Assembly: GCA_040285825.1 (NCBI GenBank)
Contig: JAUPSS010000010.1
Coordinates: 866,881-930,880, forward strand
Length of the DNA stretch: 64,000 nucleotides
Origin: Eukaryota sp. TZLM1-RC
Taxonomy: Eukaryota; Protista; Metamonada: BaSk clade
Direction: 5' to 3'
Under the pieces are notes generated by a model. The model worked only from the letters and a program-made list of their open reading frames with translations. It was not told the origin of the DNA and searched no databases. The first letter of the stretch is position 1. Each line of letters opens with the position of its first letter. Shown here piece after piece: positions 1 through 11,335 of the stretch. A program made the translations under genes and the position numbers.

Positions 1-2562
1 CAAAACAATGCCATCTTTTTCTATAATATTACTGTTTCTAATGGACAATGACCCACTCACTACAGAATTAAAGTCAAAAGCATTGTGAGTTACGGTATCT
101 TTGTGGAAAAGAGAACGTACATTTGAAGGGAATGGGAAAACCACCTCTGCTCTCGAAGGCACCTTAAACTCAAACAACCCCCAACCTGACAAGAAATTGA
201 AAGAAGGCAAAAGCGAGGGATTCACAATGTAAGGTTGACCAATCCCTCCAAAATGCATGAAAACAATTTTGAATGTTTGATTTTGCGATGCAATCAAAAG
301 CGATCCAGGGGAAGCAAAATGAGCCCCATTTCGTGTAGACCGATGTTTTGTTTCCAAATTCAACCAGGCTCCAGTGACATACACCATATGATCTGTCATC
401 ATTGGTATGATACTAGGATACAATGGAAGCTTGTGAAATCGTCCACTCACGGAGGATTGCTCACATAGAAGATAATTATAAATAAATTCGCTTTCAAAGC
501 ATTTAGTTGTTGACGCAACAACAAAGGGAGGAAAATATCCTGAACTTGAAACTCCTGTGACAGAAATAGAGGGCAATTTTGAATCAATAGTCAAGGTACA
601 TCCTGAACCACTGGCCTCGAAATGACCAAGCAAAGCACCAGTTGGAGGTCGCAACGTTACTAACCGTGAGTAAGAAAACATGGTTCCACTTTCTAATGCA
701 AATGTAGGTAGCAATGGACTCAAAATTCCATTCCATGGAACAATTAATTTCTGAGTATGAGAATGTTCTGTGGAAGTCGATATAACAGTAGTAAAGCCAA
801 ACATGTTCACAAATGAGACAAGAAAGGGTCCTTCTCTTGAGCTTGGACAATAATACGAAAATTCCACCTCCAATCTTCCATAAGGTGCTTCTGCAGGGAA
901 GGTGTATTCTCCCCCCAGACCAGTTTTCCGAGCTGAAGAGAATAGTGGATAGTCTGTGAGAATGAAATGGTAATTAACTGTTGGTTGCCGTACCAGTTCG
1001 ACCACTTCAAACTGGTCAAAGTCATCTAAATTATCTAATGGCTCAAATACCCCCACGGTAAACTTTGAATGAGGGTCTCTGGAATGGGGTACGACTGGTC
1101 TTCCTGGTGAAAAAGATTCACTATAGCCCGTACGTAGTTCAAATGTTATTGAATTGGTTTCATCCTCTAAAACAGTTATTTCAGATTCAACCACAAACAT
1201 TGAGTATGTGTCCACGTAATTGTTTCCTCGATCGGTCCGTTTCAATAAATCAAAGGTGAAAAGGTCACCTTGAACAAAGAAAATAATCGACGTATCACAC
1301 ATTGAGCCTATTGGACAAAAATCAGAATCTTGAATTGCCGTGCGTACAAAGTAATCTTTCAAAGATCTCCCTGGTGATGACAGCCGAAGACCCACGTAAA
1401 AGGCTTTGCTTTCATCAACCACTGGCTCAGGAACAATATTACAGGGATCAATTAACCATAGATTCATAAGGTTCCTATCAAACAACGTGATGCCTGGGAT
1501 AGTACGATTTCGGAACAAAATTCGTTGAGTAATGTCTGTAATAGCAAGGCCCAAATCAAATCTGAATGCAAGTCCAAAATAGTTTTCACATTCTGTTTCC
1601 ACTGATAACCTAAAATATGGCTTGTATGATAAAGTAAGATTAGCCAAGTTTAGCAACTTTAAACCAGTTTTGAGTTCGAGGTCATATCCCAGATCCAAGG
1701 TCCCTCTTCCTTGGAGCTCATGCTGAAAGACAGGCATCAAGGATGCATTTTCTGTATTGGGTGTCAAACCGTTTTGCTTTGTCCAAACAACCTCCCTCAC
1801 AAATGTTCTGTCAAGGGATACAATGTCAATGCTTAACAAAAGATCGTCAAGATCTAAATTAGCAAACAGAGTCATATCAAGAAAGAGCTGCATTTGTATA
1901 GGTACTTGTCCTATCCAGATAATATAATCTTTTGCCAGCAAGGTGAAAAGACGATGTGACCATTCACGAGACAAATGTTTGGCTGAGAGTTCAATGTTGA
2001 TGCCAAAGTTCAGTGTAACCTCGTAACGAGCACCAATTTTAGTGATTCCATCGAGCTCGGTGTACTCCAATGATACAGATGCAACAGAATCAACACCTGC
2101 AAATGGTCCCACTTTCAAGAATGGGAGATCCTCAAATTCATACATTTTCTCGGCTTTCTGCAGTTCCTTGAGATAATTCATTGATTCCGACCAGGGAAAC
2201 TTAGCTTCATATTCGAATGATAATTCTGAGAAGAGAGATAGTGGATCGACTTCGTTGTACGTGCATTTATGGCTGCAGGAATACTGATAGACTGAACCAT
2301 CATGAACATAGAAGCTGCCAGGTGTCGCAGACGTGGAAGACGAACTAAAACCTTGATCTGACAAATTGATAGGTTCTGCAAGTTTTGAAACTCCTGTAGC
2401 ACGAAAGCTGGCCGCCTTATTGTCAAATGATATATTGAAACTCCCACAGGGAAGATTGGTTCCAAGTAATGCACTTTCTATAAAGCCAGGTGCAGTTTCC
2501 AAAGAGATGGTTGCGGCTGTCAAAAATAAACAAGCAACTAGTTGTATGAGCATGAGATTCAT
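1..2562 (-). CDS. Large putative secreted/surface protein, runs off the window start (>854 aa)
   Basis: ATG at 2562 (-) gives MNLMLIQLVACLFLTAATISLETAPGF..., a signal-peptide-like start. The frame is open in the stretches I translated (first ~230 codons and the window edge). It is absent from the ORF track, consistent with no stop inside the window. Confidence 0.75.
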   Translation of the reverse strand, partial: MNLMLIQLVACLFLTAATISLETAPGFIESALLGTNLPCGSFNISFDNKAASFRATGVSKLAEPINLSDQGFSSSSTSATPGSFYVHDGSVYQYSCSHKCTYNEVDPLSLFSELSFEYEAKFPWSESMNYLKELQKAEKMYEFEDLPFLKVGPFAGVDSVASVSLEYTELDGITKIGARYEVTLNFGINIELSAKHLSREWSHRLFTLLAKDYIIWIGQVPIQMQLFLDMTLFANLDLDDLLLSIDIVSLDRTFVREVVWTKQNGLTPNTENASLMPVFQHELQGRGTLDLGYDLELKTGLKLLNLANLTLSYKPYFRLSVETECENYFGLAFRFDLGLAITDITQRILFRNRTIPGITLFDRNLMNLWLIDPCNIVPEPVVDESKAFYVGLRLSSPGRSLKDYFVRTAIQDSDFCPIGSMCDTSIIFFVQGDLFTFDLLKRTDRGNNYVDTYSMFVVESEITVLEDETNSITFELRTGYSESFSPGRPVVPHSRDPHSKFTVGVFEPLDNLDDFDQFEVVELVRQPTVNYHFILTDYPLFSSARKTGLGGEYTFPAEAPYGRLEVEFSYYCPSSREGPFLVSFVNMFGFTTVISTSTEHSHTQKLIVPWNGILSPLLPTFALESGTMFSYSRLVTLRPPTGALLGHFEASGSGCTLTIDSKLPSISVTGVSSSGYFPPFVVASTTKCFESEFIYNYLLCEQSSVSGRFHKLPLYPSIIPMMTDHMVYVTGAWLNLETKHRSTRNGAHFASPGSLLIASQNQTFKIVFMHFGGIGQPYIVNPSLLPSFNFLSGWGLFEFKVPSRAEVVFPFPSNVRSLFHKDTVTHNAFDFNSVVSGSLSIRNSNIIEKDGIVL

Positions 2563-2585
2563 TGCTCGACTATTTTTCTTGTTCA

Positions 2586-3776
2586 ATGAGAGTCGATGAA
2601 TCTAAATTGCTGGTGTGCTTCTGCGTTCCTTTCAGTTCCACAAACCGTTTGGGAAAATATGCTCTTGTTGCTTCTCGAATACTATTCACATTACTTGTAT
2701 TAGTACTCATTATTCTGTTCTTTTGCTTAATAGTGTTCTCTCCGCGTGGCGGATGGTTCTATCGCATTCCAAGGAAACAAAAACTGCAAGTGTATGGTGT
2801 GGATGATGAAGGGAACTTTCAATTGATTGATCTTGAACATAATTCTGTGATCAATGGCCATCTAGAAGAGGGATACCTTGCTCTGTCATTCCTCACTCAC
2901 ACAACTTCTTTTTATTCAGGCCATAAGCTGCCTTCATCCGTTCCTCGTTGGCTCTATGAAAATCTTGAATCAAAGACAGTGTGTGTTGTGGAAACTCAGT
3001 CCGAACCGTTACGTTTTCCCTCTTTGCTACAGGTGAATGAGTCATTTGATGTGGATTCGAATTCTTTTTTCCATCCATGCAGAAGCTACTCACTCAACGA
3101 TGACATGACATCTGATGATGTGTCACCAAGTACACAGAGAATAACACATGACTCAACATTACCTAAGTCTCTTATTGATGTCTGTTTGAAGAACGGTTTA
3201 ATCGTACAGTATAGGGTAAGTGGCCAAAGTCAATATAAAGTTCCAAATCATACATTTACCAGACAAAAACAAATCTCCAAAGAGCCCTTTGATACTCATG
3301 TTGACCGTTTTTGTGAAGATTTTATAACGCAAGAAAAGCTGTATGAAGCAGTTCAAAAAAGAGATGGTCAGGAAATTTTACGAGTTTTTGATTTTTCAAA
3401 TTTTCGATTTTTGGAAGTTCATGAAGATCATCATTATTTGACACACTATGATGAATTCAGTTTAACCAATCTTAGTGGGAAAAGGTTCACAATTGATCAT
3501 TCAGATGGATCATGTTCTTCCTCATCAGTGACCAATGGAGATGAACATGATCTGCTTTTAAAGAACATGTGGCTCAGTGATGAATATGAGTCAAAAAACA
3601 TAAATGGCATGAATTCTCTATGTTTTTCCAAGCACACTGGGAACAAATTGTGTGTTGATAAAGAACATGGTTATACGACGAAGCTGTGCATATCTTCTAA
3701 TTGTTCGACATTCAGTGAGCACAAAATTATTGGTGAGGATGATAATCGATTAAAAATCCCTCATTATTGTGAATAG
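2586..3776 (+). CDS. Hypothetical single-pass membrane protein
   Basis: Long ORF with first ATG at 2586 and a hydrophobic segment ILFTLLVLVLIILFFCLIVF. Confidence 0.65.
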   Translation: MRVDESKLLVCFCVPFSSTNRLGKYALVASRILFTLLVLVLIILFFCLIVFSPRGGWFYRIPRKQKLQVYGVDDEGNFQLIDLEHNSVINGHLEEGYLALSFLTHTTSFYSGHKLPSSVPRWLYENLESKTVCVVETQSEPLRFPSLLQVNESFDVDSNSFFHPCRSYSLNDDMTSDDVSPSTQRITHDSTLPKSLIDVCLKNGLIVQYRVSGQSQYKVPNHTFTRQKQISKEPFDTHVDRFCEDFITQEKLYEAVQKRDGQEILRVFDFSNFRFLEVHEDHHYLTHYDEFSLTNLSGKRFTIDHSDGSCSSSSVTNGDEHDLLLKNMWLSDEYESKNINGMNSLCFSKHTGNKLCVDKEHGYTTKLCISSNCSTFSEHKIIGEDDNRLKIPHYCE

Positions 3777-4484
3777 TTTTTCTTTTGAGGCAAAATGAAA
3801 GTGTTTATTTTGGCTTTGTAAAAATAAGAATTCTAATTTATTTTTCAACTGCAGAGTGATATAACACGATTTCATGCATCTTCTTGCAAAAGAAATGAAG
3901 GACATTATATACGCTATACTGCATTGTTTGTAATATGACAGATACCATATTATTAAATAACATGTTTTTTACTGAATTGGACAAACTATCATAAAGTTTG
4001 TCCAAAAAATAAATAAAAACAAGTTTGTTGTAGATAACTTTTCTTCAACATCACGTGAATTCAATTTTTATAGTTCGTGGAGTTGTAGGTGAATTCTTTG
4101 TTGAATGATTTCAATGAATATAGAGAAGATTAAGAGACGTCTCAAATGTAATCGAAAATACGTCTAAATATAAAAGGAATCAATGCAGAGTTATCTGCTG
4201 ATCTTAATCACTGCACAAAATTTCCATTGTTAACAATGTCAACATATTGCATAATGAAGTTGCAAGTTTAATTTAAATTGCAGAATGTTATATTATTTTC
4301 AGTGAACAGTTGAAATTTGCACTTTGTAGAAAGTGACACTCAATAGTGTTCTGTTTCAAAATTAGTCCCTTTTATGACTCTAATTTCGTTAGAGATTTGT
4401 AACCATCTGTTTGTTTTGGATTCACATTATGAATGAAAATAGTAATGAATACATTGAGCCAGAATTGTATCCTTGGTTAAACAA

Positions 4485-6089
4485 TGTTGGCGCCCTAAGG
4501 CTTATATGTTATGATTAGAAAATAAATCAACTTTTCCTCATTCTCTTTATCTCAACCACATTTGCAACCTAAGGCAACAATAATTATTGGCCGTATTAGG
4601 TTATAGGTATACCGCTTACACAACTTACAGCAATCAAACAGAGGATATCTTCAGCAGATATCATGTCAGTCTCTCCTCGCCAGGACACTGACTCTTGTCA
4701 AATTTTTTACATTGAACAGATGCAACAGTACGATAGAGATGCTTCTAGCATACATACAACATCAGTAGGGACTGAAGAGTCGAATAAAGAAGAGGACTCG
4801 GGCTCGAGACCACCCTCCGCCCCTCCTCATGAGAAAGATATGGAACCAGGCACGGAACCACCTCCCGCCTCTTCCTAATCAAAATCTACGGATCCAGGCA
4901 CGGAACCACCTCCCGCCTCTTACATGTCCAACAAACCAGATAAGGTTTCAGGAACGGGACCACCCCCCTCCTCACCTAAAGAAAATGTTGGGTTAAGCTC
5001 AGATACTTCGTCTGTTCTAAAGGACTACGAAGAACTTCAGTCCGTCTTAGAAGAAATGGACGACAAAGAGAAAGAGCTTCGCCAACAGATAATGATGGAC
5101 GCGGAAGCCCACCTTGAACCAACAGATTACTGTTTGTTTGAGCAGCTCCCTCCTTTATGGAAGCAAATCCAAACGAAAGGTAGAAACGTTGGATTTCAAA
5201 CACTGGAAATGAGGCTACGGGTATAGACCCCTCCTCCATCAAAACGACAACAAAAAAACCGGGTCATGAGGGTTCTAGTGTAGAATCCTCCTCCCCCACT
5301 CAATGTACGAGGTTACGATTACAAACCCCACCTCCAACAATAATGAATTACAAGGGCAGATATACGGAACTTGCTCCCTCCCCCCTTCCTTTTTAAAAAA
5401 AGTCAAGGTTAAGTAATGGGATACAGGTACAGTCATCGAGCTCACCTCTTCCAGCGAATGGGAACGACGATGTATTTCAACCCTCCCACTTTAACAATTT
5501 TTGTAGACAGGCAGTACTTTAACAACAAATGATGCCTCTTTCAGATTTTTGAACTTTGTTACTTTGTTTACTGTTGTTTTCAGTCCATCACAGACCCTGC
5601 ATATTTGTTAGCGAATCCATTATTCGATTCCATAATAACTATACTAAACGACACTACCACGTTACTCGTCTTCGAAAAAAGGAAAAAGCAGAACGTCATT
5701 ATGTAACGACTAAAGCTAATACAACAAAGTATTCAAACACATGGATCTTGGAACGAGTTCTTTTACGTTATTGCTCACTCCTTTATTCTACATTATTGTT
5801 AAAGGGATATAATACATCAACTATCAAGAAGTAAGACCCGTGTTTTTGTGAATCCAGTGCGAAAATAATAGTAGACATCAGGAAACATTAGAATTTAATA
5901 TTTAGTTCTTAGTTTTTATAGTTATTTAGTTATTTGTTATAGTTTTGTTTCATATTCATATAAGCTGATTTATTTTGAAAAAGGGAAGAAGCAGTGTTGG
6001 CGCCCTAAGGCTTATATGTTATGATTAGAAAATAAATCAACTTTTCCTCTTTCTCTTTATCTCAACCACATTTGCAACCTAAGGCAACA
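4485..6089 (+). mobile_element. Non-autonomous LTR retroelement 1 (95-bp LTRs, 4-bp TSD ACAA)
   Basis: Direct repeats 4485-4579 and 5995-6089 (TGTTG...CAACA, 1 mismatch). Polypurine tract GAAAAAGGGAAGAAGCAG precedes the 3' LTR. ACAA lies at 4481-4484 and 6090-6093. No pol. Confidence 0.9.
4663..5226 (+). pseudogene. Internal Pro/Ser/Glu-rich ORF of LTR element 1, split by one in-frame TAA
   Basis: ORFs 4663-4878 and 4924-5226 are in the same frame, with repeated PGTEPPPAS-type units. Confidence 0.55.
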
Positions 6090-6925
6090 ACAAAACTATT
6101 TCAAGCAAACAAACCAGAATTTGCCACTTTTAATGATTAAGTATTGCCAGTTCCCCCGATTTTAAGCTCTTCAAGGAAGTTAAACTATCAAATCCTCATT
6201 TGTTCTTAAGTCCAAGCCAACCTGCCACTTATTAGTTTTATTGTCTTATTGATATAAAAACACATCAAATTTACCATTATAAGACTGTGTTTTAGTTCCA
6301 ATTCTAGTTCCAACCTCACTAGACCTTTGAATTACGTGCAAAAGTTCTGTCTCAATTACTGGGATGTAAAATGTTTCAAATTCCAGATCATGCTTACTTT
6401 AGTCCACATTATGGCGATTTAGGGTGAACGAAGGCTTCTATGCTTACCTCGTGGGCTTTTGTTGGTGGATGCAGAATTGCAATTTTTGAGTTTTCCGAAA
6501 GATTTGCAGATTGGGAAGATTTATTGATGACAACGCAAAGTTCCACTGTTTTTGCTTTAAATGAAGAAATTTCAAAAATTGATGTAGAAAAATGGGGTCG
6601 ATGTTTTCCCCAATCATGCAATGGCAATATTCCAGAAAAAATGTTTTAAATTTGAAGTACACTCTTCCAACATTACAGAAAAGATTGACTGGAATGTATG
6701 AAAAAGATTTTTATAATAATATATGCAGCTCGGCTGTTGTAAATCAAGATCTTTACTCATTGTTATTGGAAAAGGGTGTTAGTGAAAACAAGTCGTCAGA
6801 TTCTTCACTTTTTGTAACCATTGTACCACGAAGATGTGGATTGTGTGCCACTAATGAAGCATTTATAACAAAAATGAGATTATATTTGAATATCCCCATT
6901 AATCAATTATTATCAAAAGAAAAAT

Positions 6926-8027
6926 TGTTGTTGTTGAACTCAAATTGAATTAGTAGGTTTCTTTGTATTTCGACTGATGACGTGATACTCATTTATGAAT
7001 CAGTTTTAGTAATAAACTACAGATTTCTCTCTCTCCTTCGTGTGTTCATCTGCCTAACGGCATCAATAATTATTGGCCCTTCTTATTTCAGATGATTGTT
7101 CTCTCTGTTAACCTGACGTCTCTTTCTTCCATGAAAGTTGACAGTGTTCTTCTGTTCCTATAGGAGTGAAAGATTTATTCTTCGGTGACTCCTAAGAAAG
7201 AGCTTGTTCCAGCAAGACTCTTGGTCGATTCTTTTCTGTTAGAGTCCTATCTCTCCAGAAATCCGACGTCTCATCCAGTGACGATGTTCTTCTCAGACAT
7301 CTACAATCTGTCGTATCGTTCGTCACGTACAAAGATTTTAGTCTGGCTATGTCAGAACTGAAGCTTGATGTCCGTATTGGTGACGTCCGAGAACGCATGT
7401 CCTGTTACCTGCGACGTTTCCTCCAGGTAAAGAGTAGGGCTTCCGGACTGAAGTTGCCAGACATAGCTTTTCTGAACCGATTTGCCAGAGGAATTCTTCC
7501 CGTAGGTCTTCAACGTTCTCTACTAGCGAGAATTCGAGATGATGTATTCCCAGATCTTCACTCTCTTGTCGAAACCACTACTGATGAGCTGTTGGACTGC
7601 TCTAGGGTTGCTTCATGGACTCGTGGTTTCAAAACCTCAGTGAATGATGTGGAACGTACGGCTGGCACTAAAACGAGGTCCTCTTGCCGCTCTCAGGATT
7701 TAAAAAATCAATCGTGCTTCAAGTGCCACAAGCCTGGACACATCTCCCGTGATTGTCCATCTAAAATCAAACATGAGGTAAATTATTTGTGTCACACAAA
7801 CGATGCACCAAAGAGTTTAACAAACCCCATATCTTCCCTCTATTGAGCCAGTACTGTATTTGTCCTCAGAAAAGTGGGAAAAAGTAGTGTTGTTGTTGAA
7901 CTCAAATTGAATTAGTAGGTTTCTTTGTATTTCGACTGATGACGTGATACTCATTTATGAATCAGTTTTAGTAATAAACTACAGATTTCTCTCTCTCCTT
8001 CGTGTGTTCATCTGCCTAACGGCATCA
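6926..8027 (+). mobile_element. Non-autonomous gag-only LTR retroelement 2 (140-bp apparently identical LTRs, 4-bp TSD AAAT)
   Basis: LTRs 6926-7065 and 7888-8027 (TGTTG...CATCA). PPT AGAAAAGTGGGAAAAAGTAG. AAAT at 6922-6925 and 8028-8031. Removing it restores AAAGAAAAATGTATTTG as in other family A copies. Confidence 0.93.
7092..7846 (+). pseudogene. gag: Degenerate retrotransposon gag with CCHC zinc knuckle
   Basis: CFKCHKPGHISRDC knuckle in 7349-7846. Upstream part from ATG 7092 has TAG and TGA stops and a frameshift near 7260. Confidence 0.75.
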
Positions 8028-9061
8028 AAATGTATTTGTTCGAATTCACCTCAACTCACTTTGCGCCATGCTCTGAATTGTTCTAAAATGATAACTTATC
8101 GTTCTTCATTACATGATGCTGTTAGAGACACTGTTTTCAATATGGCTCAAACTGCAAGGATATCGTGTATCAAAGAGCCCCTGCTGAAGGAAACACTTTC
8201 TCTGAATAATTTTGGTTCTGATGATAGAGGTGATGTATACTGTAATAGGATTGATAATTCTGAAGCTATTGTTGACTTTGTCTCATGTAATGTTGCAAAT
8301 GATACTTTGGTTCACAGAAGAAAACTTAATCCTGTGGCTACTCTGGATTTTTAAGCAAAAGAGAAATATAGAAAATATGATAAAGATATTGAAGAGGCTA
8401 ATGTCGATAGAAATACACAGCTGGTTTTTATTGCTTTCCCATTTTCGATAAATGGAAGATTATCAGTTGCAGCAGAAACTTTTTTGGATGACTTCCAAAA
8501 AATGGTGCAAGAAAAAACAATGAAAAGATTTGATATTTTTTTATGGCGTTCACGGATTCAATTTGCCATTATTAATAGATTGCCACGTTTTTTCAATCGA
8601 ATAAGAGAAGCTTTAGCTAGACAGCAAGCATATCAAGATTTTGTAGAGGAAATCTTGGTTCAATGATAGTCGTCCCATTAGTTATGAGTTAATTTAATTA
8701 AGTGTGCAAATTCAATAAATACAGTTTTTTATTGTCCTTGAATACAGAGTTTCTGAACAAGTATTAAACGAAGTTATTGCTTTTGAACGTTCTAATTTAT
8801 ATACCCAGCGGAACAAATTGGATTTAAAAAAAGTTAAATGTATGCCCTGTAAGAATACAAAGTTTGTTTGCTACGTTTCGAAGGAGACATTCTTTCAAAA
8901 GATGATCTATTCCAACCATGGAAGAAGCTAAAAAGAAATGCTGAATAATTAGCTCATGAGTAAAATGAACCACCCTTCGACTTTCCAAAAGAACGAAATG
9001 TAATAATTGAATCAATAGAAAAAAGGTTGCTCCATCATTCAACAATCAAATCATTCAAAGC

Positions 9062-9472
9062 ATGGAGCCTGACCGTTCACAACTAGAACTCTGCGAGGAG
9101 TTCAGTGAACTGATACTTTCCCCTCCACGACGTAAAGCTAATGTGAATCAAAGGAAAGAAACATGGAGTATTTATGTTTACCATGTCCTTCGTCAAGTGA
9201 ACCAAGATCTCACTATTTCTGTTAAAGGCATGGCACTGATGAACAACATATTGTTTGAAATCTTTGAACGGATCGCCTCTGAAGCATCCCAACTTCTTCG
9301 ACGCAGCCAGAAATCCACACTGTCACACTGCGAAATACAAACTGCAGTGAGATTACTTTTTCCTCGTAGACTATCTACTAGTGCCGTAGCTGCAGGTAAT
9401 AGAGCTATTCAACAAATTCGTGATGCCAAGCATGATGAGCATTCCGAACAGTCGGATCCAGATTTTGATTAA
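9062..9472 (+). CDS. H2B: Divergent histone H2B variant
   Basis: RKETWSIYVYHVLRQV...ISVKGMALMN...IFERIASEASQL...STLSHCEIQTAVRLLFP matches the H2B histone fold. Confidence 0.88.
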   Translation: MEPDRSQLELCEEFSELILSPPRRKANVNQRKETWSIYVYHVLRQVNQDLTISVKGMALMNNILFEIFERIASEASQLLRRSQKSTLSHCEIQTAVRLLFPRRLSTSAVAAGNRAIQQIRDAKHDEHSEQSDPDFD

Positions 9473-10066
9473 ATCTTTACCACTCCTCTGAAATAGCACA
9501 AGGTATCAAACCATTATTGTTTCCCTTGTACACTTGGTCGTTGTCACTGTGATATGGAAGTTCTTGAGATTGTTCATTGTGCACAGTTTGAAACAAATAC
9601 TTCTTACTACTTTGTTTTTCTTTCATCACCACTATATATGTCAACTATATAGGAAGATAAGTTGTGATCTTACTCAGAATCGCAATCTGAGAATGACTGG
9701 AACACCATACCATCAATGGCATGAATTATCTGGAATTTAGGTAAATTTTGCTTTTCGGTTTGATTGTTATAATACTTAAATTTGATTAATTCACATTCTG
9801 AAGATAAAGATTTGATTTTAAGCTAATTGTGGATCACATAGTAATGATTGTTCTGTCTGTTTTGCATTTTAACAATATATGTGTAATATGGGTAAAACAA
9901 TGAGTGCAACAATTCATGGAATGGTCTACATGCAACCCTATTCTGTAGAGCTCTGTCATATAGACAAAACAAGTAGTGGTAGTAGATTAGATTAACAAAA
10001 CAAAACAAATAGTTGTAGTGGTAGTAGATTGCAATCAAATTTGAAAAGCACTGACTACAAAACCTA

Positions 10067-11335
10067 ATGCTACCAGACCAATATGATATCGTCATTGTAG
10101 GGACATCTCCTACAAACACATATCTTAGCTATGTCGCTGCTGCTCATGGCAAGTCTGTCCTTGTGCTAGATCCAACTAACACTTATGGCTCTTGGTCTTC
10201 TACTCATTCGCTCTCTACACTTCAAACTCGTCTTGATGACTGCTCCTTGGAGGGAAAGCTTTTCCATAATTTTCGTCTCCACACTTCCAACCTACCCGAG
10301 GACTTTGCCATGCGTAAGACCATGGTTGACCTCATTCCATTGCTTCATCCCACTAACTCTACCTCCATATCCTACATCACAGCATCCGGTTTAACACCAT
10401 ACATGGCATTCCAGAATCCTGGGGAACTCGGAGTGCTGGTGGATGACGTCGTGACACGTGTACCTTTAACCAAGAGTGATGTATTTAGAGAGAAAAGTCT
10501 AGGGCCTCGTCAAAAACGGCAACTGGTCAAATATATCCAATCAGCCTGTCAATCTGATGACATCACCGATGACGTGATTGATTGTTCTGACCTGCCTCAT
10601 TCGGCCAACATAGCCCTTACCCATCTGTTACCCTATTTGTGTCCATTTTCCGCTTTCTTCCAAGGTTTAGGTAAGTTTGGGGTCTCCTCTGGCATTTTGA
10701 TTAATAAATTCGGCTCGAGTGAAATTTCCCAAGCCAATTCAAGACTTTGTTGTGTTTTTGGGGGGATTTATCTATTAAATTCGAAAGTTTTAAATATTGA
10801 TAAAAGTGATAAATGTTTGGAAATTGAGTCTGAATTCAGTGATGTTCCGGGAGTGATCAAATATGATTGGTTGATCAATGATCTGGTGTCTGACCCTGAA
10901 AAGTCCTTGTCCGTCAACAGTTTGATTGGGAGAATGATAGTTATTTCCAAAGAAAAATTACCAATGAATTTTGTTTGCTTGTTTTTTAAAGAAAAGCCAG
11001 TATATTTGCTACAATACACTTTTGAAAATTCTGCAAATATTTCAAAGGATTCTTATTTAATCTACATATGGGCTCATTTCAGTCTGGATGAATATTTGGA
11101 CGAATATTTGGACGAAGTTTTTGAATATTTGAAGAATTACAACTTCATTAAGCCTATATATGTGGTCTCTTATCGTCAAAATGTTTTTGAAAATTTGGTT
11201 GATTATGAAGAAGATGCTAACATATTGAATATTGTAGATGTACCGGAAATACCGACCTTTGACGTTTCTTTTGACCTAGCTCAAAAATCTATGACTTTTA
11301 TTGACTCCACTATTGAGATGCCTTTTCAAAGGTAA
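10067..11335 (+). CDS. Rab escort protein / GDI-family protein
   Basis: N-terminal YDIVIVGT...GKSVLVLDP..TYG, VDLIP, and FGSSEISQANSRLCCVFGGIYLL motifs. Confidence 0.8.
   Translation: MLPDQYDIVIVGTSPTNTYLSYVAAAHGKSVLVLDPTNTYGSWSSTHSLSTLQTRLDDCSLEGKLFHNFRLHTSNLPEDFAMRKTMVDLIPLLHPTNSTSISYITASGLTPYMAFQNPGELGVLVDDVVTRVPLTKSDVFREKSLGPRQKRQLVKYIQSACQSDDITDDVIDCSDLPHSANIALTHLLPYLCPFSAFFQGLGKFGVSSGILINKFGSSEISQANSRLCCVFGGIYLLNSKVLNIDKSDKCLEIESEFSDVPGVIKYDWLINDLVSDPEKSLSVNSLIGRMIVISKEKLPMNFVCLFFKEKPVYLLQYTFENSANISKDSYLIYIWAHFSLDEYLDEYLDEVFEYLKNYNFIKPIYVVSYRQNVFENLVDYEEDANILNIVDVPEIPTFDVSFDLAQKSMTFIDSTIEMPFQR

Larger units (their letters stand above)
6254..8720 (+). mobile_element. CRE-like non-LTR retrotransposon family A, 5'-truncated, frameshifted, interrupted by LTR element 2
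   Basis: Near-identical to 52781-54842. Encodes RT thumb (PHYG.LG), CxC...HALNC zinc finger and REL endonuclease (KEP...DDRGDV...IVDFV...KY). Ends TTCAATAAAT. Confidence 0.88.
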
